Origin: Paraspadella gotoi | Lineage: Eukaryota > Animalia > Chaetognatha | Reading direction: 5' to 3' | DNA length: 64,000 nucleotides | Assembly (NCBI GenBank): GCA_051294375.1 | Contig: CM119268.1 | Coordinates: forward strand, 9,607,216 to 9,671,215 | Shown: in pieces, positions 48,657 through 61,025 of the stretch | Layout of the letters: every line of letters starts with the position of its first letter | How positions within the stretch are numbered: position 1 is the stretch's first letter | The notes under the pieces: model-generated | The model's input: only the letters and a program-made list of their open reading frames with translations | Database searches by the model: none | Told to the model about the DNA's origin: nothing | Translations under genes and position numbers: made by a program

Positions 48657-49769
48657 TGCTTAAATCTTGGATCCGGCTCGCCTCTGACGAAAAAGAATTC
48701 CATGAACCTTGTACAGCCGCCGATGTGCTTTGAGAAAATTTAAACGCATATGGACAAATCAATAGCTCTTTTCCCCCCCCCAACTCTTCCGCTGGAAGCT
48801 ACTGGAAATCCGTTTGTTGGTTCCCCCTTCCCCTCCTCCCTTCCCTCGGCCGTCCACGTCGGTATGAGCAGCGTTTTTTTCCATCCCATCTATTCGAATC
48901 TTTTCTAAGCAGAAATCAGCATTTCCCCATTTCGCTTGATGGCAAACAGTTTCATATCATCTTAAGGACTGCGTTTGACTGTTTTAATCACGTGAGGCAC
49001 GAATGATTTCTTCTAATCGGGAACTGAGCCATATAAGGGAATTCTCAAGGCCTTCATACATAAAAACAAATGACTTAGCTTTATCGTTATTTGTTCGGAA
49101 AAAAATATTTTTGATTAAAATACTATTCTTATAAAATAAAAATCCATCGGAACTATTATAACTTTTTTAGCTCTTACGTTCTTATTTTATCATGTTATAT
49201 CAGTAATTTCTAAAAGAAAAATATGGAGTTCTATGCCAAACTTTTATTCCCCAATTTTGAATAACTTAATAAAAAAATATTTTATAATAATCTAATTGAT
49301 GGAAGGATCTTTCTCTAAAATGTAATTTTTTTTAAAAAAGTCTTGAACTACTAGTCAATTCCATGTTTTCACATTTCTTTCGTGACTGTCGGTAGATTGC
49401 CAGAAATAAACGTCAAATCTATTTATGTAAATTACACGCAAATACTGGATCTTTGTATACAGTTAACTTTAATCGAGATGAACATAAACACCGGTTTAAA
49501 TCGATTATTTCAAATAAAATCATTTTAAAACTGAATGTTTTTATTACTTTGTTATTAATAGTTAATTCAAAGTTATGTTTCCTATGACAGGTATATTGGA
49601 AAAATTGTACAAAAAAGTGTACATTCAATGTTTAGGATCTTCCCACTGGGAATCCCAGTCGGTGATCTTTTTCTGGTTCTTATAAGCACAAAAGCGAAAA
49701 AAATTATGAAATATTTTTTATTTAAGATTTTTTTTTTTAAATACAGTTATACCTTTGTTTTTGACTAAA

Positions 49770-50090
49770 TTTTACTTTCGCCGACCGCGGTTTTGAAAAA
49801 CCATTTAAAAATACTTATTTTTAATAAAAATAATTTGAAAAATTATTATATAATTACCTTTATACTAAACCCTTTTAACCTTAACCACCCTTAACCCTAA
49901 ACCACTTTTAACCCTAACCCTGGTTGGCGAAAGTAAAAGTAACCTTAAAAATATTTATTTTTTTAAAAAAATTTTATTTAATTAATAATTACCTTTAGGG
50001 GTAATTAAGGTTAACCTTAAACCCTCTTAACTACCATAATATATGCGAATAAAAAAATAACCGACCTGTTCGGTGTAAATATAAGAATGC
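49770..50090. mobile_element. Helentron/HINE-like non-autonomous element with telomere-like repeats
   Basis: Inverted repeat ttttactttcgccgacc / ggttggcgaaagtaaaa enclosing degenerate TAACC(C/T) repeats. Confidence 0.5.
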
Positions 50091-50169
50091 AGAAATGTTT
50101 CCTTTTTATCTATCCCAAACTTAACGGGAATTTAATATTGGTAAATAGAAATAACGCTGGGTTTCGGTT

Positions 50170-50700
50170 CCGTATATAATTAACTTGTAGTCGCGTACTA
50201 GGCCTACCTCGCTTAGAGTATCTTTGTCTTCTGACCCGACTAGCAAATACTACTAGGTGAGACTCATCTCTTCCTGTCGCCGAAAGCAGTAGAGGCCGTA
50301 TCCACAGCTCCTTCGGTAGTGTTGACGCCTTCAGAATGCCGTCTTGTCGGCGAAGGAAAGTCAACATCGCTCGTGTAACGTTGCTGATCATGTCTGTGGC
50401 CGTAGTCTATCGTCCGTTTGACGAGGGCTTGCCGTCTCCAGTAGAAACGAACTGCTGCTAATGGTGACAAAGCGTGGCTTACCGAGTGACGGACTTCGTT
50501 TTTGGACGGGCTGGAGTATGACTGACTGTTGTATCTTCTGAGTCTTAAAGGGAACGGAAACGTGAATGGTGAAAGGCACAGAGATAAGCCCATCTCGCCA
50601 GTTATAGAAACTAATCGCATGACTAAATTTGGGATAGTGAAGCCAAGTACTCTGGGAGTGAATAAACGAGACAGAGTCATGATTGAAAGCTTGCAGGGAC
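50170..50700 (-). pseudogene. Decayed non-LTR (RTE-like) reverse transcriptase C-terminal fragment
   Basis: Frameshifted traces in the expected order: EYL(G)FTI, LQPV.K.S.SLGKPRFVTI.SS.LL, FLRRQDGI, RSKRGRP-like tail. Recognised by eye only. Confidence 0.4.
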
Positions 50701-50881
50701 CTATGTCATATCTTCTAAGTGATGGAGGCCTTAAACCACCAAAGTTAGGGGCAAGATAGCTCGTTTATTAAAAGAATGGATAATTCTTATATTGGTTGTA
50801 CTAATTCCATATGAACAAAGGGCATCAACACCGCTTGGCCGCCCCTTAACGACGGTTAGTTGCCCCGGAAATGCTGCGTAG

Positions 50882-51450
50882 TAGTGATGTGAAAATGATA
50901 AAATTTTAGAAAATTAAAATTTAGCATATAAAACGTGAAAATAAAAACTATTAAAAATATTTTGGTAAATTTATTTTTTAATTTCATACATTAGTGGGCA
51001 CCAGTGAGCTATATTTATATATAGTAATAAGTATATAATGGCTAAAATTTTAAAATAAAAATTTTTAAATTTTAAGATCGGATTTGGATTCTTTGCATAA
51101 AGTTAATATAAGAAAGTATAATTCTTTTTTAAAAATTATTTCATTAAGTTGGTCAAAAATCTAAAAAACTATGTTAAAGATACCGATTTTTAATTTCGAG
51201 CTTAAAAATATAGTTTTTATAATTTTAACCTACTTAATGACATAATTTTTTAAAAATATTTATATTTTCTTTTATCAACTTTTAACAAGGAATCTGAATC
51301 TGTTCTCAGAATTTAAAAAAAACTATTTTGAAATTTTGACATATATATTATATTTATAAAAAAAAAATAACTCTAGATTAGTATTAACTAATATAATAGT
51401 TTTCAAGATATAACTGCTAAATTTTGATTCCAAACTTTCACTTCACCCTA
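50882..51450. mobile_element. hAT-type MITE
   Basis: 8-bp TSD ctgcgtag (50874-50881, 51451-51458); imperfect TIRs tagtgatgtgaaa / tttcacttcacccta; interior similar to 8285-8885. Confidence 0.8.
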
Positions 51451-51958
51451 CTGCGTAGTTTATGCCAGAACGGCTTTACTTTCAGTTTAAGGAAATATCG
51501 AAATCTACGCGAACTTTTCCTTTTATGCCCATCATTGTAGTTTCAAGACCGGTTGGATAAAACTGTCCATACCATCGGCGCCGTAATAGGCCAATGATTG
51601 CGGGTTCTAGCCTTTGTCGGTCCTTACAACGTCCCCCTGCTGGCCTTCAGGAACTCGTACTCCTACAGCTAAAGCTGCAAAGACTGAGCTCGGCGCAATT
51701 TAAAACAAGTTTTACACTTAATAATTATATTTTCAAGTATTTATATTGGCATGCAGTGACGGATTTCCTTCGAAAAAACGTTTTGATTATTGAGAGCGGG
51801 TTATACAGCATCTTATGGAACGCCAAGTGGAACTACTGTCGACCATAAATGGTAATTGGTATAAAATACATTTCGAAACGATAAAAATTAGATTAGGAAC
51901 GAGCAATTTGGGGGAAGAAAGGGTCGGAAAGACGATTTTTCATTTGTCATTGACGTCC

Positions 51959-54900
51959 TCAATCGCCGTCGGCGACGGCTTCTGCCCGCGCCTCGGAATG
52001 CCCGGACTCGCAGACGCTCGCCACGACGCCGAGAGCCTTTTCCCAAGCCTAAAATAGCGAATTTGATTTTGTCTTTAATTGGAATGTAAGGGTGAAAAAA
52101 AAATTGATTACTGTATTGTTAATGTTTAACGATTTGCATTCAATAAAGTTAACTCGTTACTAACCTTGGCGCGATCTCCTGTGAAATCTGACCCGAGCGC
52201 CATCTTCAACGTTTTCAAGACAGAGACGTTGAGATTAAGGAAATCCTGGGGAACCACTCCCCGCGAATAATGGTTGTACCCCTGAGACGAAATAAAATGG
52301 ATCTCCCTGAAATTTCAAACATTTTTGAAAGTTCATTCCAAATTTAGTGGGGAAAACAAATCACTTTTTGGGCAAACCTCTTCCGGTTGAAAAAAGATAC
52401 GATTTGTGAAAGATGCAAGCAGTTGTTCAGCCAGCAAAATTAGTAAATTAATCAAAATGCAGTTACTTATAACCCTAATAATTAATTATGTGGAACTATA
52501 ATAATTATATTGTGGATAATGCGCTTAGTGGGCTGAAGACTACTATCCGTAAATATTGCGCCCCCTAAGCGGCCATTGAACTGGTCCTGGGATTAGAACC
52601 AGGCTTGAGGGTTTTCCAGGCCTTCAAGGCGGTTTTCGACCGTCCTCATGCTTCGCGCAGGGTAGGTACCATTGAAATAGGTTAGGTAGTCTTTTATACC
52701 CTTATTTTCTGAAAATAAACGTTAAAATCTATGTTTAAAAAGAGAGGGGGTCAAGATAATTTAAATGAAAGGGAGAGGGGAGATTAGTTTAGTAGGATTT
52801 ATTTAAAAATTTATATTCTGAAAAAAACTATAAAAAAATATGACCTGATTCTAATGATTTCTTTATATAATTATCGATTTTTTTTTAACAGTAAGGGCCT
52901 TACTAAGGCTTTACTTTTCAATAACCGCGAAGTTCCCTAGCTATTTTGGAAAGTAGATTCCCAATCCTAAAATTGGAATCAATATGGCCTTTGAACCGAA
53001 ACGTTCAGCAAAAGAGGGTTCCCAATGATTACTGGACTCGCGAAGCTGAAGATAGCGGGCGCTGTCGACAACGCAAACTTCACAAGAGAATTTGCCGAGT
53101 CCGCGATATGAAGGAGCGGACTCTCGCCGGGAGCGTTAAGATCATCTTCAGACATCTTTTTCTTTTACACGTTCATCTAAGAATCTTTGACAAAGTTTTG
53201 TGAGTAATTACGGAGTGGATGAAGATTGCATGATTTTCTATTTTGTCGGGCTATCAACAATTGAGGCGACTAACTTGGCGAAATCACATTAAAAATTATA
53301 TTAAACAAATATGAAAATATAAGTTATTATTAATCAAGTAGTATTTTAAAAATCATTCAAAAATACAATTATTGAAGAGACAGTAATTATTGTTGTGTTA
53401 GTGACAGAACCGTTCAATATAAGCAGTCCCTGAGGTTCTGATCAGGCTGTAACACCGTGTTACAGGCGGGTTAAGCGCCCCGTCCCTCTTAACTGCTAGG
53501 CGACCACCGGGCTAGAACCCCGGACCTTTTGGGTTGGGAGGCGAATGACTTGCCTCCGGCACCAATGGCCGCTGATGAACGGTTGGTGGATTTTAGTCCA
53601 CCATATTTTCATTATTTATTATTATTATTTCATTATTTTTTATTATTTTCATATTATTTTCTTTATTTCCGGGTATTAAATATTTTTACTGATATATATT
53701 TAAGCTGGATCGATTAAGGAGTTAAGGTTTACTTCTCGCTTATTTCGTTACTAGCCAGGGTCTAGAATGAAAATATAAAACTAGCTTTTTATAACTGACA
53801 GGCATTTTTCACACTATGCAAATTATAATATACAAAAGAGATTAAAACAATTTAATTCAATTTTTTTTTCTCTCTCTCTGTATCTTCCTCTCTATCAAAA
53901 ATATTATAATGGCCAAATAAAATCTCTCTAAATTGAATAAATAAGTATTATTTTTCTTGCTTCACAATCGATCATTAAAGAAGTCGACGATCCCTTGAAG
54001 TTTAACGTGAGATTATAACGGCGTGAGATTCAGAAATTCGGCTGAATAGCAAAGCAATTAATCAATAAAAAGTCGCGAAATTCAGACAGGTTTTATTTTT
54101 TAAAATAAAGGCCGTAAAATCCCCTAAAACTGGGGTTGATTGAGTGCAAAATATGAATAAATTTAATTATATATAATTATGTAATTATATATATAATATA
54201 TATATAATTATGTATAATTGACCAGAAAATACACTTTAAAAGAAATAATTTTATACTAGAACCGTTTTATTCCAAAAAACAACTATTTTTTAACCGAAAG
54301 TGGTACGCCACAAAGTGGCGTGGAAAGTCCATAAATCTCTACTTGATATTTTTTTCATTGTGATATTCGTTTTTTTCATTAAAATTTTAATGAGAAACTT
54401 TGCAAGAACCAACAACTTTTAGGATATTTTTGGGAGCCGTAATGGAAGCCCTAATTGGGGGGGGGTTAAGTCAAATCATTATTTTATATTAAAATTTTAT
54501 TAATGAAGTAATTCTGTTCGAAATTCTGCAACCGCATAAGTTGAATCAGAATTAGATTTAAATACAAAATCATGAGATTATAAGCTGCCTGAGCGTTTAT
54601 CAATCCAAATTAAAATTCATTATAAGGTTAAAGTAAGTTTTAACGGAACGTAAGCGGAATCTTTTGAACTTTGTATGATTCCAAGAACGTAAAACAAAGC
54701 GACATGAAGAGAAAAACAAAAAAAAGTCGAAGTAAAGACTGCCACGCCCCTTCATGCTCACCCCGACCTTACCTGCTTCTTGAGGATGTCAACGACGACC
54801 TCGTAATCGTCGAGATTTTCGATGACAGACGTGAGGGCTCGCATGACGGTCACCGCGTGCGCGCGAAGTTGACCCATTTTCAGAATCTTAGTTTCGGAAT

Positions 54901-57900
54901 GGAACGATGAATTTTAGAGAAGTTCGAAGATAAGGTGGCTTTACATCACCTTTATATCCACCTTAATGAGTTAATCCTTCTTTCCTCACCTGCTCCAACG
55001 GTTTGTCTTTGAAATCCCGAAAAAGTTGAACGCTCTTGGGAAAATCTGGAGAAGATGACGGAATTATATATTAGTTTAAACTCATAAATAATTTATTAAT
55101 TAAGCCAAGTGGATTGATTGATTGACCGAATTATTTTCCTGTCTTTTTTCTCTCCTTTCCTTCGCAAGATTCTAAGAAAAAAATGTTTCTTTCCTCTTCT
55201 CGTCTCACGCCTTTCGTCTTTTATCAATCTTTCTCGAAACCTGTGAAGAAATTTTTGAAGAGAAGAATTCCGGACTCTTTTTGAGTGAAGTTGACCTTCT
55301 CCCACGATGTTTGAAGGAGTTGTACCTCATATTTGGTGAGGGTTGTAACCGGGTGGGGAGTGTGCCAGCTGGGATCTGCATTGTGAGGAAGGAGACATTT
55401 TTATTAATCCATTAATTTAAAAGAAAAAAAAATAAAATAAAAATAGTAAAAAAATATTTGGATGAGATAAATTTCATATAATAATGATAATTTTAAAGAT
55501 TCAACTGCCAGCAAAATGTTCAAATAAAAAGTATTTAGAGAAAACAAAGTGTTTTTGTATTTGTGACAACGATTTATTTTATTTTTAATTAAAAAATAAT
55601 AAAAAAAATAAATCGTTGTCACAAATACAAAAACACTTTGTTTTCTCTAAATATTAAAAAACAACGAAAAGAAAGGATTATCACAAATAAAAAATAATAA
55701 TTTCTTTTGGAAAGTTCTTCAACAAAAAAACTAAAGTATTAAATTTTATTTTTAAAAAGTTTATTAGCAACTTAAGAATTTCAAACAGGAATTAACGCTA
55801 TTTATCTGTATAAAATAACTAAAATAACTAAAATAAAATAAATAAAAGGATGGAAATTCTCATACAGTATTTCATTTTTTTTTTTAAGAAATAACCCTGC
55901 CTTGGATAAAAGTCGTCGTAGATACTTTTAAAACACAAACACACTGTTAAAACACAAACACAAATGAAATAGGGAGAGTAAAGCGGAAAAAAGTTAAGAT
56001 GAAAAAAAGTGGAAGACTAAAAAATAAAAAAAGTGAAAAGGGAGAGAGAGAGAAAGAAAGAATGTGTTTGTAAATGAGTGAATGAGAGAGTGTAAGACAT
56101 AAAAAGAAATGGTAAATTAATATATGCATCGAGGGAGCATCTAAAAATTATTTTTAAAGAAAGAATTAGAGGAAAAACGAAATTTTTTCGCGCTTTAACA
56201 ACATTTATTCTTATATAATGGACAAGTTTCGACTCTAGTTTTCAAGTCTTCATCAGCATTGAAAAAGACACTTTCACAAACTTCTTTATATTGGTTTAAG
56301 GGAGGGAGATATTGAGGGAGAGAGAGAGAGAAAGTTTCCAACAAAGAAATGAGTAAAGAACAGTGGTCAGATGTTAGGACAGGAGAAAGTGAGGGAAAGG
56401 AAGGAGAGAGTGAATTTGAGATTGGTGAAAAAGAAAGAGAGAGAGACATCAAGACATTTGGCAATTTACAACAGTGAATAGAAGTGAAAAATTAAAGTAA
56501 CATAAGTTAATAATAAATAAATGTTTGTGAGAATTTGGTTTAATAGTAAGAATGAAATATGAAATAGAAGAATAAGTTGTGAGGGATAACTAAGGTAAGT
56601 TTTAAGAGAAAAATAAGATGAGAAAGAGCTCAAAATGAGCTGGCCGCCCCCTGGCCGGGCAAATGAGGGACATTATCGATGTGCTCGGTTCATTGGCCTG
56701 TAATGGGCTGAGAGGATATTGTGGTGGAGTGGGATTGGTTCGGGTCTGGCAAAGATCCGACTGGAAAAATGCCAAGTGCCACTCGTATATCTCTCTGGCC
56801 TGATAGGCCTGCCGAGAGCCCTCTTCTCACCTGACGGTGAGGTGGGCAGTTGTTTTTTCGTTTGACCTGCAACTCTTCAGTTTCTTTTATTTTATATTAT
56901 AATTAAAACCGATATAAAATGGCGTAGAAAGCATTAAATGTTTAAAGTGAATACATTTTCGGAATCCGCAGGAGCTCAGCTTTCTGAATTTGTACTCCAT
57001 TTGGGCCTATTTTGAAGTTGATTTGAATGACCCTTTTTCTTAAAATAAAAATTATTCATCATCGTCACATAGAAACAAATTTGTCTTTACATCATAGCGT
57101 TTAAAAAGCAAACTCAAAACCAAAAATATGTTAAATATGGTTTATATATTAAAAATGAAGAAGAAAAAATAAAAATCTTGAAAACAAGATCGGTTTATCC
57201 AATGTGTTGCACCGCAATAACTTTATTTTCACATTTATTTAATGTGACATATGACATGACGTGACATGAAATAACTACAATAACTTTCTTTGCCTGTGTA
57301 TTTATATATTATATTATATTATAATGGATTTTTCCCCTTCTTAACAAATAAGCGAGTTGAACACGCTGTATGAGTAAATTTTTAAAGTGGGACAGACTGA
57401 TGGACATACATACCAACCAACCGACCAACTGAAAAGTGACTTAATTGCTCCGCGAGTATGAGGGGTATTGGCTATTGGGGATTATCGTGGGAAAACTTAA
57501 AAGGAACTAAGTAGGGGAGTTAAGCATAAGGGGGTTTTAAATTAAGGCAAAGGGAATTAAATTCAGGGAGTTTAGGGTTAGGTGATAATATATAACCGAC
57601 ATTTTATTCTTTAAAGCAGGTAAGTAATATATAAAAAAAGATGTTATCCATCAAAAAAGTAAGGAAATAAAACTAAAAAATCCCGTTTGGTGCAACTTCT
57701 ATTTTGGTAAATTGAGCTAACCCATATTGACGAACGAAATATCTTCCGCGATCGAGAAAAAAAGCAGAATCCGACTTGGTGGGAAAAAAAAAAGAAAATC
57801 GGCGGCGACGTCGACGATGCAAAGGTTATGACTTATTTTTCGCTAGGGACTGAGAGATTGAGGATTCCCTCCGGGTAAAAGAGAGAGAGAGAAAGAGAGA

Positions 57901-58956
57901 GGGAGAGAAAGAGAAAGATTCCCCAGGGAGGAAGAGGAAGAAGAATTGGCGTCGGCGGCGACGCGCGAATTGATCCGCGACTGGGCCACAAGTTTTGACA
58001 CTGAATTTCGTTGGCGGCTCCCGTCAAGACGGATTTGCTATTATACAAATATTGTCAACTTCAGGTTGAGTAAATAATTAAATATATTGCTTCCTGATTT
58101 TGAGGGACCGTATAACTGCAAACTAGAAACAAGTTGTTAAGAACGGTCCAAAGTTTGGTACTTGAAGCTCGGTTGGATTAATCAAGATTTGCAAAACAAA
58201 TGTTTTGAATACCTCTATATATTACGCAAAGAAAATAATAATAATATTGCTCAACGGAAAAAGTTTGAAAATAAAAAAGGGGAGAGAAAATTGAGAGAGT
58301 CGTCGGAGCGTAATGGAATTGCCGTCGTTAATAAAAGAGCGACTGATTTATCGGGGCGATAAACGTGAAGGACCATTCAATGAAAAATGCATTTGAGCGC
58401 GGAAATAAATGTTTTTATAAATAAAAACTGGATTCCCGCTACTAGATAAAACGCTAGTGAAGACAAGAAAAAGTACTCGGTCGAATTTTTGGCGAATGGT
58501 TATAAACCTTGTTTGCATGTGTGAACGAGAGCGTACAAGGGTCCTTGTCGCTTTCCGCTCGCTTCACCTATTTTTTAAAAAAAATTTTCTCCTTTTAAGA
58601 ATTTTTTTTTTTCATTTCGAAAGCTTTTAAAGCCCGAGCAAGTATAGGACTATGAAATATCGATAGAGTAAGCTTTTCTTGACCTTGACTATCACTTTTT
58701 TTAAAAATTTCATGCAATATTTTTAAATATCTTCCCTTGACAAAAAAAAACATTGTTTGGGAGTCGACAAAAATATAAAAAAAATAAAATTTGGTTATAT
58801 TTTGTTTAATTGCCAATAATGTTGTTCGAACTCACCAGACGGCGCGCGATTCTTTTCGTCCCTCGTTATTTCCCGCGGTTTTCGGGTCAGCGCCATGAAG
58901 ACGATAATGAGGAAAAATCCCGCCGCCAGAGTCAGCGCCACCGACGCATCGATCAT
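51959..58956 (-). CDS. Globin (210 aa) with a predicted N-terminal transmembrane anchor; exons 58956-58836, 55375-55241, 55045-54990, 54886-54773, 52281-52165, 52048-51959
   Basis: Spliced product ...LTKYEVQLLQTSWEKV..SGILLFKNFFTDFPKSVQLFRDFKDKPLEQILKMGQLRAHAVTVMRALTSVIENLDD..ILKKQGYNHYSRGVVPQDF..LGSDFTGDRAKAWEKAL has W(A12), P(C2), F(CD1), H(E7), H(F8), F(G5), W(H8). All junctions are GT-AG and in phase. The exon 1 join is inferred from phase only. Confidence 0.9.
53420..53573 (-). mobile_element. tRNA-derived SINE in globin intron 4
   Basis: Reverse complement has stem GCGGCCA/TGGTCGC, T-arm CCGGGGTTCTAGCCCGG, then a core ggga.gg..aacccgcctgta shared with the SINE at ~3040-3065. Confidence 0.65.
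55532..55686. mobile_element. Foldback element plus conserved tail in globin intron 1
   Basis: Near-perfect ~47-bp arms tatttagagaaaacaaagtgtttttgtatttgtgacaacgattt and its complement, followed by caacgaaaagaaag. Confidence 0.7.
56217..56260 (-). ncRNA. Minimal type I hammerhead ribozyme (Penelope-like element type)
   Basis: Minus strand AAUG-CUGAUGA-A-GACU-ugaaaacuag-AGUC-GAAAC-UU-GUC-CAUU: stem I AAUG/CAUU, stem II GACU/AGUC, intact core, GUC cleavage triplet, vestigial stem III. Confidence 0.85.
56261..56465 (-). mobile_element. Probable Penelope-like element remnant (end of GIY-YIG domain)
   Basis: LLETFSL...QYLPPLNQ resembles the 'lEs..I....P.LN' end of PLE endonucleases; it directly precedes the hammerhead and an AATAAA. 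Confidence 0.4.
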
Positions 58957-60834
58957 TGTTTTTGTTGCTTGAGATAACGCAAAGACGACAAACACGAAAA
59001 AATACGAATCTGAATGAAAATAAACAAAAAGTCAAAAAGAAAAAAATCGCGAACGCGACGAAAAAAGGGAAAAAAATGACGAAAGAGAGACGAAGATAGT
59101 AAACGACAGATAAGAAGAGACAAGAAAAAAAAACGGGGGGGGACGCGGAGACACGGCGTCTCTCTATCTCTCTCTCTCTCTCGGGAGGCGCGTCACTCTT
59201 CTTTCGTCGTCGCCTCCTTGAATAAAAAAAGGGAAGGTTATTTATTGAGGCGAGGAACGTGGAAACACTGTTGATGAGGGAGAGCAGGGGGAGCCTTTTC
59301 ACTAAGGAAGGGAGAGTACAAGTTAAAACGGGAGGGGGAGATTATGTAGTACGTTGAAGAATGAATTTTAAATTGGGTCGAGTAGATCGTGAAATTAGGG
59401 GAATGCGGCTTTAAATATTTATAAAGATAAAAGAGATGAAAATAAAAATACTTATTAAAAAAAAATGAACAAAACGAAAAGAGAAAAATAAAAGTTAAAC
59501 GCACTCGCACGTAGCACGGTGATGATTGAGAGAGTGTAAAATCACTGAAGAGTGAACGATCATTTAAGAGAGAGATGATAGAAACTGGGAAACGTAACAT
59601 AAACCGAGTTATGGAGATTGAAGAAACGTTTCGTCTCGCATCGGACACATTTAAACTAGTCCTTATTTTATTTTTCAGTCAGTTTTGACTTTGGCCGTGT
59701 CGACTTTTTTTTACGAGAATCCTGACCGTCTTTCATTCGTTTGAGTGACCGAATCAAGAACATTGATCCTGTTTGACCTGCGTTTCTCTTAAATGATTTC
59801 GAGAATTTAGAGACTCGTCAAAACATCATTGGATTATCAGTTTCTATAGAAATTCGAATTCTTCTAAAGAGACACAGAGTAAAACAGAATGTAAGATTTA
59901 TTGCGACGAGAAAGCAGCGTTGGTAGGGAAACAAAGATTATGTACTGTTCCTGAACATCGAGCAAAGGGACCTGCAGTGAAAAGGATGGGAAGGACAACG
60001 AGAAAAGACAATCGGGGAGAAAAGCCACTTAAGAAAACTGACAGATGGAGAAGGAAATCGATTGTGCTGGATCCGCGTGCGTCCGAGCTTTCCCTCCGCG
60101 TATTTTTCTTATTAAACGTTGTCGTTGTTTGTCAACAAAAAAAAAATTCTTTATGTATGACGATTGAATAACCTCACAGAATACAGTGAAATATTGATTA
60201 TTAGTCGGTACGAAGAGGGTAGGACATTTGTTGAAGGAAAAAAAATAGTTAAAATTCAAAATGTGTTCGTTTTAGGGAGGACTCGAGTCGGAAAAGTAAA
60301 CACAATTTTTTTGTGAACTATAACAACAGTGAAAGGAGATTGAACAACTAAGGTGTTCACGAAACCTGCGGTCGAGGTAACCCACGGCTGTGAAATTTGA
60401 CTAGTATAATGGAATTATTAATCGAATAAAAAAATGTTCATTTGTTTATATGAAAAACATGGGGAAATTGAAACTTCATACCTCAAAATAACTGGAAAAA
60501 AATGATACGAATTGTTGTTAAACACTTAGTTATTTAAATCTAAAGTTTGGATTATTGTATTATTGTTGAAATTAGCTTTGTCAACAATTGTGGAGACTGT
60601 CATTAAAATTCCACTGTTTTTTTTTATCGCGTAATCTGTGTAAATAGACGAAGTTCTGCTATAAAATTAAAAATAAGTAAATTTTTTTCGCTTTAGAGTT
60701 TAGTAGTTGAGAACAATTTCGACAGAAATGAAAGTTAGTTACTTAGTAGTAAAACTTCACGGAGAAAGGCAGCGATAGCTGATGTAAACTAGTATAATGA
60801 AGATAGAAATATGTGGAAAAGAGAGACAAAAGCC

Positions 60835-61025
60835 AACAGATGGCGCTCAGGATTTGTGACCAGCAGTGAATAGTGACTACCCCATGTCACCGGCATGTTT
60901 ATGCCGACACCGTCACACTTAACCAGCGTGACCGTGAGGAGGTTGAATCCGGAACTCACGGTTTGTGAAGGAGTACTGTACAAGCCAATGGGAGCTGAGT
61001 TTCTCCAAGCTATACGGGAGGCGAC
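60835..61025 (-). mobile_element. Dispersed SINE-like repeat (copy B of 19012-19270)
   Basis: Same collinear blocks as copy A. Confidence 0.7.

Noticed and set aside
49860-49921. Telomere or interstitial telomeric array
   Set aside because: Only a few degenerate units, enclosed by a transposon-like inverted repeat.
50180-50760. Large structured ncRNA (RNase P/MRP, 7SK, telomerase RNA)
   Set aside because: No conserved boxes found; better explained as a decayed LINE.
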